From a virus: 47,928 bases of DNA. The translations under genes and the position numbers were made by a program. The stretch is taken from positions 1 to 47,928 of the IMG/VR virus record IMGVR_UViG_3300020582_000001, one strand, 5' to 3'. Positions within the stretch are counted from its first letter, which is position 1. Every line of letters starts with the position of its first letter. The notes under the pieces were generated by a model. That model saw only the letters and a program-made list of their open reading frames with translations. It did no database searches and had not been told where the DNA came from. Shown piece by piece: positions 1-8,231 of the stretch.

Positions 1-127
1 CTGGAGGGGTTGCAGAACCTCGCCGCCGACTACTTCGGTACTCATCCGCGTTGGAATGAGTTTGTCCAGGCTGCGAACCGTATGGTGATCGCCAATGGCT
101 GATGGTGATACCCCAATCGTCGAGGAA
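1..127. repeat. Terminal direct repeat, left copy (identical to 47802..47928); the contig closes into a 47,801-bp circle
   Basis: Read directly: bases 1-127 (ctggaggggttgcagaacc...caatcgtcgaggaa) recur exactly at 47802-47928. The repeat cuts through a CDS (1..102 duplicates the 3' end of 47706..47903) and through the start of the scaffold gene. Confidence 0.95.
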
Positions 128-916
128 AAGCCGTGGTGGTCCGCACTTGACGCTGAGCACCAAGGGCATGTGCAGAATAAGGGTTGGGAGAAGCTAGGCC
201 CAGCCGAAGCCGCCATCGAGCTTACCAAGGCTTGGAAGGGCGCTGAGAAGCTGATTGGCATCCCCAAGGACGAACTCCTGCGTATGCCAAAGGCTGACGA
301 TGCCGAGGCTCAGAAGGCATTTTGGGGCAAGCTCGGGGCGAAGGAAAAGGCTGAGGAATACCAGTTCACCGGCCAGGACAAGCTCGACCCGAAGCTGGTT
401 GAGACGGCCCGCGCAGCCGCTTTTGAGCTTCGCATCCCTGCCGACAAGGCGGATGCGTTCATGCAGAAGTTCGTGGCCTACGAAGGCTCCAGGGCCGAAG
501 CCAACGCCGCTGCTGCAACCGTGGCGAAGAACCTTGAACTGGAGAAGCTACGGGCCTCGTGGGGGCCTAATTACGATGTGAACCTACTCGCGGCCCAAAG
601 AGCAGCTTCCACCATCCCAGGGATCACTCCAGAGGCCGTGACGGCACTTGAGAGCACGGCGGGATATTCCGTTGTCATGGAGATGTTCCGCAACCTCGAT
701 GCCCGCATGGGCGAAGCCAAGTTCCACACCGGGGACAGCACCACGATCGCTCCGGCCATGACCTATGAGCAGGCGTTGGCTGAGAAGGCCGACTTGATGC
801 GTGATAAGGTCTTTGTCAACAAGTGGATTAATGATGGCGATCGGAGCCCTCAGCGGGTGAAGATTGCTGAACTTGACCGATTGATCGCGTCCAATCCCAA
901 TCATCTTCGTAGGTAG
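95..916 (+). CDS. Putative scaffolding (capsid assembly) protein
   Basis: The ATG overlaps the upstream stop (ATGGCTGA). 273 aa, Ala/Glu/Lys-rich and helical-looking. It sits after the portal plus two small ORFs, which is the T7 gp9 position. Its style resembles podovirus scaffold proteins from memory; not searched. Confidence 0.6.
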   Translation: MADGDTPIVEEKPWWSALDAEHQGHVQNKGWEKLGPAEAAIELTKAWKGAEKLIGIPKDELLRMPKADDAEAQKAFWGKLGAKEKAEEYQFTGQDKLDPKLVETARAAAFELRIPADKADAFMQKFVAYEGSRAEANAAAATVAKNLELEKLRASWGPNYDVNLLAAQRAASTIPGITPEAVTALESTAGYSVVMEMFRNLDARMGEAKFHTGDSTTIAPAMTYEQALAEKADLMRDKVFVNKWINDGDRSPQRVKIAELDRLIASNPNHLRR

Positions 917-921
917 AGACC

Positions 922-1521
922 ATGCACACAGTTGAAGACAGAGACGGGATGCGTGTTCTCGTCGTTACCTCCATGCAGGATTTGTCAAGCATGCAGAGTG
1001 GTTCTCTTGAAATCATTGAAGGGAACAAACTCGAAGAGCCGACTGCTATTGTTCATGCCAATGACATAGCAAAATACTACGGCTTGGATATCAGGGATGT
1101 TTGGCCGTTAGTCCATGCCAATGCTATGGGGCAACGCGTATCATATAATTCTACGCCCACGGAGGACAAAGACAGCCCTACACCTGGAAAGCCAATTCTT
1201 CCCATGACAAAAAACTCTAATCGTAATGAACGGTATTGGGTTGATGGATACGACACCCACGGTAACAAAACCAAGGTAGAGCGTGTTCGTCGTGTTCCCT
1301 ACGTTCAAGAACCAGACGACGGCGTGTACGCGAAGTACACTGACGTTCTCTATTTCGCCGACAGCCAGGGTTGGACTAAGGGCGGCGGCAAGCCGAAGTC
1401 GAAAGAAGCTCAGCAGACCACCAGCGACCTGTCGGTTCTCTCGCAGCAGATTGCCGAGTTGACCAAGCTTATGACCATGCAGGTTCAGCTTTCCCTCGAT
1501 GAGAAGAAGGCCCGTAAATGA
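922..1521 (+). CDS. Hypothetical protein (199 aa), first gene of the scaffold-capsid island
   Basis: Long ORF starting 6 nt after the scaffold stop; its stop overlaps the next start (ATGA). The 5' half looks visibly more AT-rich than its flanks. No family recognised. Confidence 0.65.
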   Translation: MHTVEDRDGMRVLVVTSMQDLSSMQSGSLEIIEGNKLEEPTAIVHANDIAKYYGLDIRDVWPLVHANAMGQRVSYNSTPTEDKDSPTPGKPILPMTKNSNRNERYWVDGYDTHGNKTKVERVRRVPYVQEPDDGVYAKYTDVLYFADSQGWTKGGGKPKSKEAQQTTSDLSVLSQQIAELTKLMTMQVQLSLDEKKARK

Positions 1522-1826
1522 AGGTCAATGTCGAAAAGCTTAGGCTGATCGCTGACTTGGTGCACCCTGTCAAAACCAGGGTGTTCCTCACTACCTCGAA
1601 TTGGGCGCGGATCGCAGCCGAGATTAACCTGGTCTACAAGGATAGCCTTGTGATGCCGAGCGGCAAGCCGACGCCTAAGAACTTTAGGGAGATGGTGATC
1701 CGCTCGACCACCTTCATCAACTCGGGCACTGACGATCAGGACGTGTGTAATCTGCTCAACGACCCCGAAGAAGCCCGCACCCCGTTCCGATTTAGAGAAG
1801 CCAACTTTGCAGTGAGGCGCGCATGA
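1518..1826 (+). CDS. Hypothetical protein (102 aa)
   Basis: ATGA overlap with the upstream ORF; no competing ORF; no family recognised. Confidence 0.6.
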   Translation: MKVNVEKLRLIADLVHPVKTRVFLTTSNWARIAAEINLVYKDSLVMPSGKPTPKNFREMVIRSTTFINSGTDDQDVCNLLNDPEEARTPFRFREANFAVRRA

Positions 1827-1857
1827 CTATAACTTACTCGTACCTCAGGTACGGGAT

Positions 1858-2487
1858 ATGAAGGTCTTCCTCGGCTGCCCAATGGGTGAGAACATTATCC
1901 CGCAGACCGCACTAGCAATTCTAGGGCTTGTCAGTACCAGCAAACTGGCAGCGGTCTCATTTGCTCAGGATGGATACATTGATCGTAATCACAACGGGAT
2001 TGTTGGGAACGCTCTTAGCCTCGGCATGGACGCAATCTTGTTCGTCGATAGCGACCACGAGTTTCCATCCGATAGTCTCGATCGCCTCATCGCCAGGAAG
2101 AAGGACATCGTGGGATGCCAATATCGGATGCGACAAACCCCCTGGGGCCTTATGCCACCGTGCAGCTTGAATGGGAACCAAGACGAACTCGATCATGGGT
2201 GCCAGGAAGTGGAATGGCTCCCCAGCGGCCTTATGCTTGTCCGTACAGATGTGTTTCGGAAACTTCCATTCCCTTGGTTCCCCAACCTGTATGGGAAGAA
2301 GTTGGAGGATTTCGTAGGCTCAGACCGATCATTTTCCCGCAAAGCTCGCGGCCTGGGGGGATATAAACTCTGGTGCGACTTCGACCTTAGTGATAAAGTA
2401 ACGCACATCACGCGGGTCTCAGTGCGCCGCGATGGCACCTTTGTTCACCCTGGTACTTCTCTCGACGGAATTTGTGAGGTAGGTTAA
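1858..2487 (+). CDS. GT-A fold (family 2-like) glycosyltransferase, soluble
   Basis: 209 aa. Motifs: ..RNHNGIVGNAL..DAILFVDSDHEFPSDSLDRLI..DIVGCQY.. (DxD motif in DSD), then ..LPSGLMLVRTDVF..PFPWF.., typical of small GT2 enzymes. No TM segment. Its stop overlaps the endolysin start (TAATG). Confidence 0.65.
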   Translation: MKVFLGCPMGENIIPQTALAILGLVSTSKLAAVSFAQDGYIDRNHNGIVGNALSLGMDAILFVDSDHEFPSDSLDRLIARKKDIVGCQYRMRQTPWGLMPPCSLNGNQDELDHGCQEVEWLPSGLMLVRTDVFRKLPFPWFPNLYGKKLEDFVGSDRSFSRKARGLGGYKLWCDFDLSDKVTHITRVSVRRDGTFVHPGTSLDGICEVG

Positions 2488-2936
2488 TGAAACTGTCCAC
2501 CGCAGGAGCTACGTTTATCGCCAGCCTTGAGGGCACCAAGCTTGTAGCCTATCAGGACGTGGCTGGTGTCTGGACGATTGGCTGCGGCCATACAGGAGAC
2601 GTGAACCCAGGCGATCATATCACCCAAGATCAGGCTATGTCACTCCTGCTGATGGACACGGCTCGCTTTGCCAGGGCAGTGGACTTCTACACCAATGTCC
2701 AGACCCAAACCAATCAGAACGGGTTTGATGCGATGGTGAGCTTGGCCTATAACATTGGGGTCAACGCTTTCCTTGGCTCCTCGGTTCTGAAAAAGCACCT
2801 GGCGGCTGATTGGTATGGTGCCCAAGCTGCCTTCCTCTTGTGGGATAAAGCCCATATCGACGGGTGCCTATGCACGGTTCCCGGCCTCCTCAACCGCCGC
2901 AAACAGGAAGCGGCCCTCTATTTGAAAGCTGTCTGA
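2487..2936 (+). CDS. Endolysin, GH24 (T4/lambda R-type) lysozyme
   Basis: 149 aa. FIASLEGTKLVAYQDVAGVWTIGCGHT (catalytic Glu in xLEG, then the D and T/GxGH pattern), ..SLAYNIG.., ..GLLNRRKQEAALY.. at the C-terminus. No signal peptide or SAR segment. Confidence 0.9.
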   Translation: MKLSTAGATFIASLEGTKLVAYQDVAGVWTIGCGHTGDVNPGDHITQDQAMSLLLMDTARFARAVDFYTNVQTQTNQNGFDAMVSLAYNIGVNAFLGSSVLKKHLAADWYGAQAAFLLWDKAHIDGCLCTVPGLLNRRKQEAALYLKAV

Positions 2937-3379
2937 TGGCTCTCCAGTTCTCTACCACCTACCGCAATTACATGCTGAACAACAGTTCATCGGGCGCGAA
3001 CATCGTCAATGCGCTGCTCGGCTCAGGCTCCAACCTTCTGGTCTATGACAACTCGGCTGGTGTCCCGGCCACGTGTGCGGCTTCGGCAACCGGGAACCTC
3101 CTGGCGACGATCGCCCTCGGCACCCCGGAAAGCTCGACGGAACCATTTGCTCAGGCTACCGCTGAGACAATGACCCTATCGGGCCTGACTATCGCCGGCA
3201 CCGCGTCTGGTGGCTCCGCTGCTACGCCTGGGTACTTTCGCCTGGAAACCAGTGGCGGCACCACGCATATTCAGGGCACCGCTGGCATTAGCTCGGGCGA
3301 CCTGTCCTTCAACGGAACGATCACCAATGGGCAGACGATCGACATTACTGGCTTCACGATCACCGCGCCTGGTGCGTAA
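2936..3379 (+). CDS. Hypothetical protein (147 aa), Gly/Thr/Ser-rich beta-type
   Basis: I take the start as the ATG overlapping the endolysin stop (ATGA at 2934-2938), not the track start at 2864. Sequence begins MALQFSTTYRNYML... No family recognised. Confidence 0.6.
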   Translation: MALQFSTTYRNYMLNNSSSGANIVNALLGSGSNLLVYDNSAGVPATCAASATGNLLATIALGTPESSTEPFAQATAETMTLSGLTIAGTASGGSAATPGYFRLETSGGTTHIQGTAGISSGDLSFNGTITNGQTIDITGFTITAPGA

Positions 3380-3382
3380 ACC

Positions 3383-4741
3383 GTGGCTTTTGGTGCGAGG
3401 ATACAGGGCTCCGTCAATGTAAACGGTAGTGGGGGGCCTGTTTCTACAACTCTTTCTGCGATAACAAATGGCAACATAGTCATTTTATGCGCTGCTACTA
3501 CTGGTGCAGCACCAGTGGTTTCAGACAATCAAGGAAACTCCTATTCCGCTGGGGAGGTAATGAACTATGCTACTGGCGCGATCTTTGCCATTTATTACCT
3601 CCTAAATTGTACGAACGGCCCAACGACATTCTCTATGAGTTCTGCGGGGGCGGGGATTACCCAACTCTCCGCAGAGGAATTTACCGGAACCTCTACAGCC
3701 GTTTATGACACCGGCAATCAAGCAAATGACGCATCCTCGGGAGAATTTTTTACCCCAGGGAATATAACCCCATCGAGCTCTGGTGAATTATTAATCGCTT
3801 ATGCGCAATCTAATAATTACCCTATATCCCTAGCTGTTGATAGCCCATTCACAATCGGGGAAGCAAGCGTTACTCTTCCTCATATCGCTTCCGCATATTA
3901 CCTCGATAGCGGTTCTTCTGCGATTACAAGCACGTTTGATGGCGGCTCTGCTAACAACGGGGGCATCTCTGGCATTATTGCTATATCCGCTGGTGGGTCT
4001 GCTGCTACCGCTTCCCTCGCGGTTACGATGCCAGACCTTACCTTGGTTGGCACCGCTACCGTTCCGATCGCGGCCACCCTCGCTAAGACGATGCCGGCTT
4101 TCACGTTATCTGGCACAGCCACGGTTCCTGTTGGTGCCACTCTCGCCGTCACGATGCCCAACTTCACGCTGGCTGGCACCGGGACAATTATCACTGCCGC
4201 GACCCTAGCTAAGACGATCGCTGATCTTACCCTGGCTGGCACGGCTACGGTATCTGGTGGAGTAGTCAGCGGCACACTCGCTGCCACTATGCCTGCCTTC
4301 ACCCTGGTAGGAACAGCCGGGGTAATCTCAGCCGGCAGCCTCGCCGCCACTATCCCCAGCTTTACCCTGGTGGGTACGGCCCAGGTTCTCTCTGTCGTTA
4401 CCGCGGCTCTGGCTGCTACGTTCCCAGCCTTCATCCTGACCGCCACTGCCCTAGTAGGCAAGGCTCCGGTGCCACCCCCGCCTGATGGGGTTTCCAATTT
4501 CATCATGCAGGGTTTGCTGCTAGGGACGATAGTGACCGATGAACCGATCGCAGCGGGGGCTTACAAGGTCTCTGTGTCTGCTCGGTGGAACCAAGGGTCG
4601 AAGATCACCATTGGCACGATCAATGGCCCCGCGTATTCCTGGACCAACAATAGCCGGCGAGGGGTGGCTTTCCCGCTTGGGCAACTGGTGGTCACAGTGC
4701 AGAACGCGACATCGGTAAAAATCGTTATCTCTCCTAGTTGA
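3383..4741 (+). CDS. Repeat-containing putative virion surface/fibre protein (452 aa)
   Basis: GTG start 4 nt after the upstream stop. N-terminal about 200 aa is a beta-rich lectin-like region. It is followed by seven in-frame approx 21-aa repeats (consensus A-T-L-A-x-T-M-P-x-F-T-L-x-G-T-A-T-V), a PVPPPP linker and a C-terminal about 90-aa domain. The function is inferred. Confidence 0.7.
   Translation: MAFGARIQGSVNVNGSGGPVSTTLSAITNGNIVILCAATTGAAPVVSDNQGNSYSAGEVMNYATGAIFAIYYLLNCTNGPTTFSMSSAGAGITQLSAEEFTGTSTAVYDTGNQANDASSGEFFTPGNITPSSSGELLIAYAQSNNYPISLAVDSPFTIGEASVTLPHIASAYYLDSGSSAITSTFDGGSANNGGISGIIAISAGGSAATASLAVTMPDLTLVGTATVPIAATLAKTMPAFTLSGTATVPVGATLAVTMPNFTLAGTGTIITAATLAKTIADLTLAGTATVSGGVVSGTLAATMPAFTLVGTAGVISAGSLAATIPSFTLVGTAQVLSVVTAALAATFPAFILTATALVGKAPVPPPPDGVSNFIMQGLLLGTIVTDEPIAAGAYKVSVSARWNQGSKITIGTINGPAYSWTNNSRRGVAFPLGQLVVTVQNATSVKIVISPS
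4010..4465 (+). repeat. Seven tandem in-frame repeats of 60-75 bp (mostly 63 bp) inside CDS 3383..4741
   Basis: Units read at 4010-4072, 4073-4135, 4136-4198, 4199-4273, 4274-4336, 4337-4405 and 4406-4465. Peptides: ASLAVTMPDLTLVGTATVPIA / ATLAKTMPAFTLSGTATVPVG / ATLAVTMPNFTLAGTGTIITA / ATLAKTIADLTLAGTATVSGGVVSG / TLAATMPAFTLVGTAGVISAG / SLAATIPSFTLVGTAQVLSVVTA / ALAATFPAFILTATALVGKA. Confidence 0.9.
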
Positions 4742-5010
4742 CACCAAGCCTACCATAGCGTAATCTATCTATTCGGTCGGGCGTATAGGGCGTCGTGTAA
4801 TGCGCGCTTCCCGCCCTCGGGCTTCGCATGTATCCCCGCCTTTAGGCCCCCTACAGGGCACCGGTGGCGACCATGTGGGCCGCGCGCCCGACCGAATGGG
4901 GATACGTGTGAAGCGGCCCCCCGCACCCTACCCGCCCGACCGGCCCCCGCAAGGATACGGCTGTAGAGCAGTTACTCTATTGGCCTTAACCCTTGTGACA
5001 GGAGCCCTCC
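4742..5010 (+). promoter_or_regulatory. GC-rich structured non-coding leader upstream of the major capsid gene
   Basis: 269-nt gap in an otherwise gap-free operon. A 12-bp perfect long-range pairing joins 4772-4783 (ttcggtcgggcg) to 4885-4896 (cgcccgaccgaa). A second copy of cgcccgaccg lies at 4933-4942. A nested hairpin pairs 4787-4792 with 4812-4817. AGGAG at 5001-5005 precedes the GTG start. Confidence 0.5.
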
Positions 5011-5976
5011 GTGGCAACTCTCGCCCCTTTTGAAACCAGCATGGAGACGGTGCAGTTTAACACCACCTTCGAGATGCTGTTGCAGCAAGAAGTCTCCAAG
5101 CTTCGCGGCATGGTAGACAGCAAAGCTTATGTCGGTCGTATGGCCCAGGTGGTCAACCAGATTGGTGCCCTTGAGTTCAAGCAGCCCGCTGGCCGATACT
5201 CTCCCCTCCAGTTCCAGATTGCTCAGTACACTCGTCCGTGGGTGCAGCCGACCGACCGTGACATCGCGGTTCCGTTCGACACCTTTGACGAATTGAAGTC
5301 CATCGCCGATCCGAAAGCTGCCATCAGCATGTCTGTGGTTGCAGCGGCGAACCGCTTCTACGACGATCTTATTATCAATGCCTTTGCCGGTACTACCCAG
5401 CGTGGCCAGGACGCACAGACCCTTACGGGCGAGACGTTCCCCACTACGGTCAGCACGACTACCAGCGCCTCGGCCCCGTTTGGCGGCTTCGTGGTGGCTG
5501 ATACGTTTGGTGCGGGTGCCAGCGTTGGCATGACCTTTAACAAAATCCGTGAAGCCCAGCGCGTTCTTCGCCACTACGAGAACAACCTTGCAGCGGAGAA
5601 GCCTACCCTGGTGGTTGGTTCGCAGCAGATTTCTGATTTGCTCGGCCAGGTCGAAGTCATCGACAAGTCGTACAATGACAGTGCGGTTGTTGAGCAGGGC
5701 GAAGTCACCAGCATCCTCGGGACGATGATCGTATCGAGTGAGCGTCTGAACACCAGTTCCAGCAATACGCTGCGCAACTGCTTCATGTTCGTCCGCAGTG
5801 GTATGCACCTTGGCATCTGGAAAGATATGTCCACTCGGATCGACAACCGGCAGGATTTGTCTTCGCAGCCTTGGCAGTTGTATTCGATGATTTCCGCTGG
5901 CGCATGTCGCACCCAGCTTGGTAAGATCATCCAAATCAATTGCGCCGATACCACCGGCTCCGACATCACTCCGTAA
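5011..5976 (+). CDS. Major capsid protein (HK97-fold, T7 gp10-like position)
   Basis: GTG start 5-6 nt after AGGAG. 321 aa. N-terminal ..FNTTFEMLLQQEVSKLRGMV.. resembles the N-terminal region of podovirus capsid proteins as I recall them. Synteny runs scaffold..capsid..adaptor. The long antisense ORF 4972..6015 is a shadow ORF. Confidence 0.75.
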   Translation: MATLAPFETSMETVQFNTTFEMLLQQEVSKLRGMVDSKAYVGRMAQVVNQIGALEFKQPAGRYSPLQFQIAQYTRPWVQPTDRDIAVPFDTFDELKSIADPKAAISMSVVAAANRFYDDLIINAFAGTTQRGQDAQTLTGETFPTTVSTTTSASAPFGGFVVADTFGAGASVGMTFNKIREAQRVLRHYENNLAAEKPTLVVGSQQISDLLGQVEVIDKSYNDSAVVEQGEVTSILGTMIVSSERLNTSSSNTLRNCFMFVRSGMHLGIWKDMSTRIDNRQDLSSQPWQLYSMISAGACRTQLGKIIQINCADTTGSDITP

Positions 5977-6003
5977 TCGCTGGTCTGAAAGGAAGATATT
6001 TCT

Positions 6004-6693
6004 ATGGCACAGCAATCTGCTCCGACGAGCGCTCTTTATAGCGTCACCGTCGCGGGTCTCGATCCTAACCAGAACTCGGGCTTTGTTACTCGTCCGACCG
6101 CTGGGCAGGGTGGTGCTGGCAGGCTTGTGGTTGCAACGGGCACGGTCCTGTTTGCAGCCACCACGGCCACCACTGTCGCGACCCGTATGGTTCGTATTCC
6201 CTCTAATGCTATCGTGAAGTCAGTCGCCTTTGCGCTCGACCTCGCTGGTGGTACGGCGACCACGTTGACGGGTGCGACCGGCCTGTTGTTCTCGGACAAC
6301 GTTCTGGACGGCACTAGCACCATCAACGCCGGTTCGCTCACCCCCTACTCATCCTCGTTCTTCACGGCGACGACTGCGATGGCTGGTTACACCACGGCCT
6401 TCACCAACGTCACGTACCTGAACTCTGCTGGCAACTCGGCCACGGACGGCTACAATGTTCCCTCCTCTAGCACTCTGCCGATCTGGCTGGCTGTTACGCA
6501 GGGTGGACCTGGGCCGGTTCAGACGCCTGGCGCTTGGGCGGGCACTGGCGCAACCTCGCTCTCCACTTCGCCCTCCTACCACGTTGGCGTCGATCCGGGC
6601 GGGTTCTTCGATGTGTTCTTCCAGCCGACGACCACGACCAACCTTTCGGCTGCGATGAACTTCACCTGCGAAGTCACCTACGTAACTACGTAA
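6004..6693 (+). CDS. Thr/Ala/Gly-rich virion protein (229 aa), possible capsid decoration/cement protein
   Basis: Good SD (aaaggaag) upstream; it immediately follows the capsid gene. Thr-rich tracts are present (ATTATTVAT, GGTATTLTGATG, QPTTTTNLS). The function is inferred from position only. Confidence 0.6.
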   Translation: MAQQSAPTSALYSVTVAGLDPNQNSGFVTRPTAGQGGAGRLVVATGTVLFAATTATTVATRMVRIPSNAIVKSVAFALDLAGGTATTLTGATGLLFSDNVLDGTSTINAGSLTPYSSSFFTATTAMAGYTTAFTNVTYLNSAGNSATDGYNVPSSSTLPIWLAVTQGGPGPVQTPGAWAGTGATSLSTSPSYHVGVDPGGFFDVFFQPTTTTNLSAAMNFTCEVTYVTT

Positions 6694-6694
6694 G

Positions 6695-6988
6695 ATGGCT
6701 GACACCTATCAATCTATGGTGATGGGCGCGGAGCTTGTAGCTGGCAGTGGGGGTATCTCCACTGTCAACTCAACTCTTGCAACCCTAGTCGCCGATGGTG
6801 CCAGTCCTACGCAGGCCCATGTCACTGCGGTTGCTAACGCTGTTCTAGCCTTCCAAGGTGGGGCTCTCACTCCGCACGCGGCAGTCTTCCTCAACGTTGA
6901 TACCACTCAAGTTCCCACGGCTTCCGTGCTCCGGGGTATCCTGTTGCAGATGGTAAGCCGTATGACCAACGGAGGGTTATCCCCCTAA
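6695..6988 (+). CDS. Hypothetical virion-module protein (97 aa)
   Basis: Starts 2 nt after the upstream stop; its stop overlaps the next start (TAATG). Confidence 0.6.
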   Translation: MADTYQSMVMGAELVAGSGGISTVNSTLATLVADGASPTQAHVTAVANAVLAFQGGALTPHAAVFLNVDTTQVPTASVLRGILLQMVSRMTNGGLSP

Positions 6989-7293
6989 TGGCGCAGGTCA
7001 ATTATTTCTTTTCGACTATCGTTCCAGCTGGTGGTGATCGTGCCTACACGGCTGCAAACTCTGCCACCCTTGGTGATTTGAACCAGGGTACATCCACTAA
7101 CCTGGCGGACGCATTTGAGTTTCGTGTCAGTACCGGGGTCACTGGTTACACCAACCCCACCAAGCGCGATATCATCAACTTCCTGCGCCTCGTGGAGCGG
7201 TGGGTTCTCGATCAGGGTGGCTCGTCCACTAACTCGGGCCAGGGTCTCGATTACCTGATTACCGCTACCAGCGGCACAGTCGGTATTCCCTAA
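6988..7293 (+). CDS. Hypothetical virion-module protein (101 aa)
   Basis: TAATG overlaps at both ends. Confidence 0.6.
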   Translation: MAQVNYFFSTIVPAGGDRAYTAANSATLGDLNQGTSTNLADAFEFRVSTGVTGYTNPTKRDIINFLRLVERWVLDQGGSSTNSGQGLDYLITATSGTVGIP

Positions 7294-7841
7294 TGGCTGG
7301 TCCCGCTGGCTTCCTACGCACCGATCGCTATGGCTTCGTCAGCGGCACCCTTGTTGCTGGCGTCACCATCCAGACGATTACCGCAACCACTGCGGCCCAA
7401 GCTGTTACGGTTCTCTGGACTAACCCGGTTGGCAGTGGGGTCATTGGTCGCATCAAGACAATCTCTATGGGGAACCATGTCGTCCCCGTTGCTGTTGAGC
7501 CAATGGTTATCGGGGTACAGTCCAACCCCACGAATGCCGCCACTGTCACTACGGCGGCTACCGTTGTTACCATCCCGTTCGGCGCTTCTGGTTCCAACAA
7601 ATGCACGTTTGCCTACTCGGGCACGATCACGTTCAACGGCGCGAGCAAAGAGTTCTTCGATGCCAATTACTACCTTAACAACTTTGCTACGGCAGTTGGT
7701 TGGCAGCCGGGGATTTACGAGTTCAACGATGAACTGATTTGTGGCCCGAATACCAACGTGGTGATCTATAACAACTATGCCACTCTCGCCTCCACGATGG
7801 TTACGTTCGTGTGGGAAGAGTATGCGTTGCAGGCGATCTAA
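7293..7841 (+). CDS. Hypothetical virion-module protein (182 aa)
   Basis: TAATG overlaps at both ends. The antisense and alternate-frame ORFs here are Arg/Ser/Pro-rich shadows. Confidence 0.65.
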   Translation: MAGPAGFLRTDRYGFVSGTLVAGVTIQTITATTAAQAVTVLWTNPVGSGVIGRIKTISMGNHVVPVAVEPMVIGVQSNPTNAATVTTAATVVTIPFGASGSNKCTFAYSGTITFNGASKEFFDANYYLNNFATAVGWQPGIYEFNDELICGPNTNVVIYNNYATLASTMVTFVWEEYALQAI

Positions 7842-8230
7842 TGGCAAACATGACATATGTGAACCGTTGCCCCCAGGCCATTGCGGCTACTGGTGGTCTC
7901 GGTTCCTACCCAGCGCCTGGCAATAACAGGTTCACTACGGTCGATCCTGCCCAGGTGTTCAACGCTGCGGAGAGTACCGCTTGGACGGTGCTGATCGTGG
8001 CGGCGAATGCTGCGGCGGTCACTGCCGGCTACGGGCAGAATGATCCTGGCTATGGGCAGGGCATGATTACCAATTATGGCACCTACCTTGCCAGCGTTCT
8101 AGCGGCTGCTAAGACTGCCGGATATACCCCTGGCACCGCAGCGGTGGGCAGTATCACCCCCAATGGTATCTGGACCTGGCTCTACAATGCCACGGCTCTG
8201 AACGGGACCATCCTCGCACCAGGTACTTGA
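7841..8230 (+). CDS. Hypothetical virion-module protein (129 aa)
   Basis: Start taken at the ATG at 7841 overlapping the upstream TAA (MANMTYVNRC...), not the track start at 7811. Confidence 0.6.
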   Translation: MANMTYVNRCPQAIAATGGLGSYPAPGNNRFTTVDPAQVFNAAESTAWTVLIVAANAAAVTAGYGQNDPGYGQGMITNYGTYLASVLAAAKTAGYTPGTAAVGSITPNGIWTWLYNATALNGTILAPGT

Positions 8231-8231
8231 T

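Noticed and set aside
3898-4506. 202-aa minus-strand ORF over the tandem-repeat region
   Set aside because: It is periodic because it is the reverse complement of the 63-bp coding repeats. It is an antisense shadow of CDS 3383..4741.
3383-4741. Diversity-generating retroelement target (considered because of the possible Bbp19-like small protein, a family named after a DGR phage)
   Set aside because: I found no reverse transcriptase ORF and no template/variable repeat pair with adenine-specific mismatches. The repeats here are in-frame tandem units, not a TR/VR pair.
4742-5010. tRNA or other known small RNA gene in the GC-rich gap
   Set aside because: There is no T-loop consensus (GGTTCGAATCC-like) and no cloverleaf spacing that I could draw. 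I saw no tRNA-like sequence elsewhere in the window either.
4800-5033. 77-aa plus-strand ORF inside the capsid leader
   Set aside because: The sequence is Pro/Arg/Gly-rich (MRASRPRASHVSPPLGPLQG...PPAPYPPDRPPQGYG), typical of translated GC-rich non-coding DNA. It has no SD and runs into the capsid start in another frame.
4972-6015. 347-aa minus-strand ORF, the longest antisense ORF in the late arm
   Set aside because: It lies exactly antisense to the major capsid gene. Its composition is Arg/Leu/Gly/His-rich as expected for a shadow frame, and it has no SD or operon context on the minus strand.
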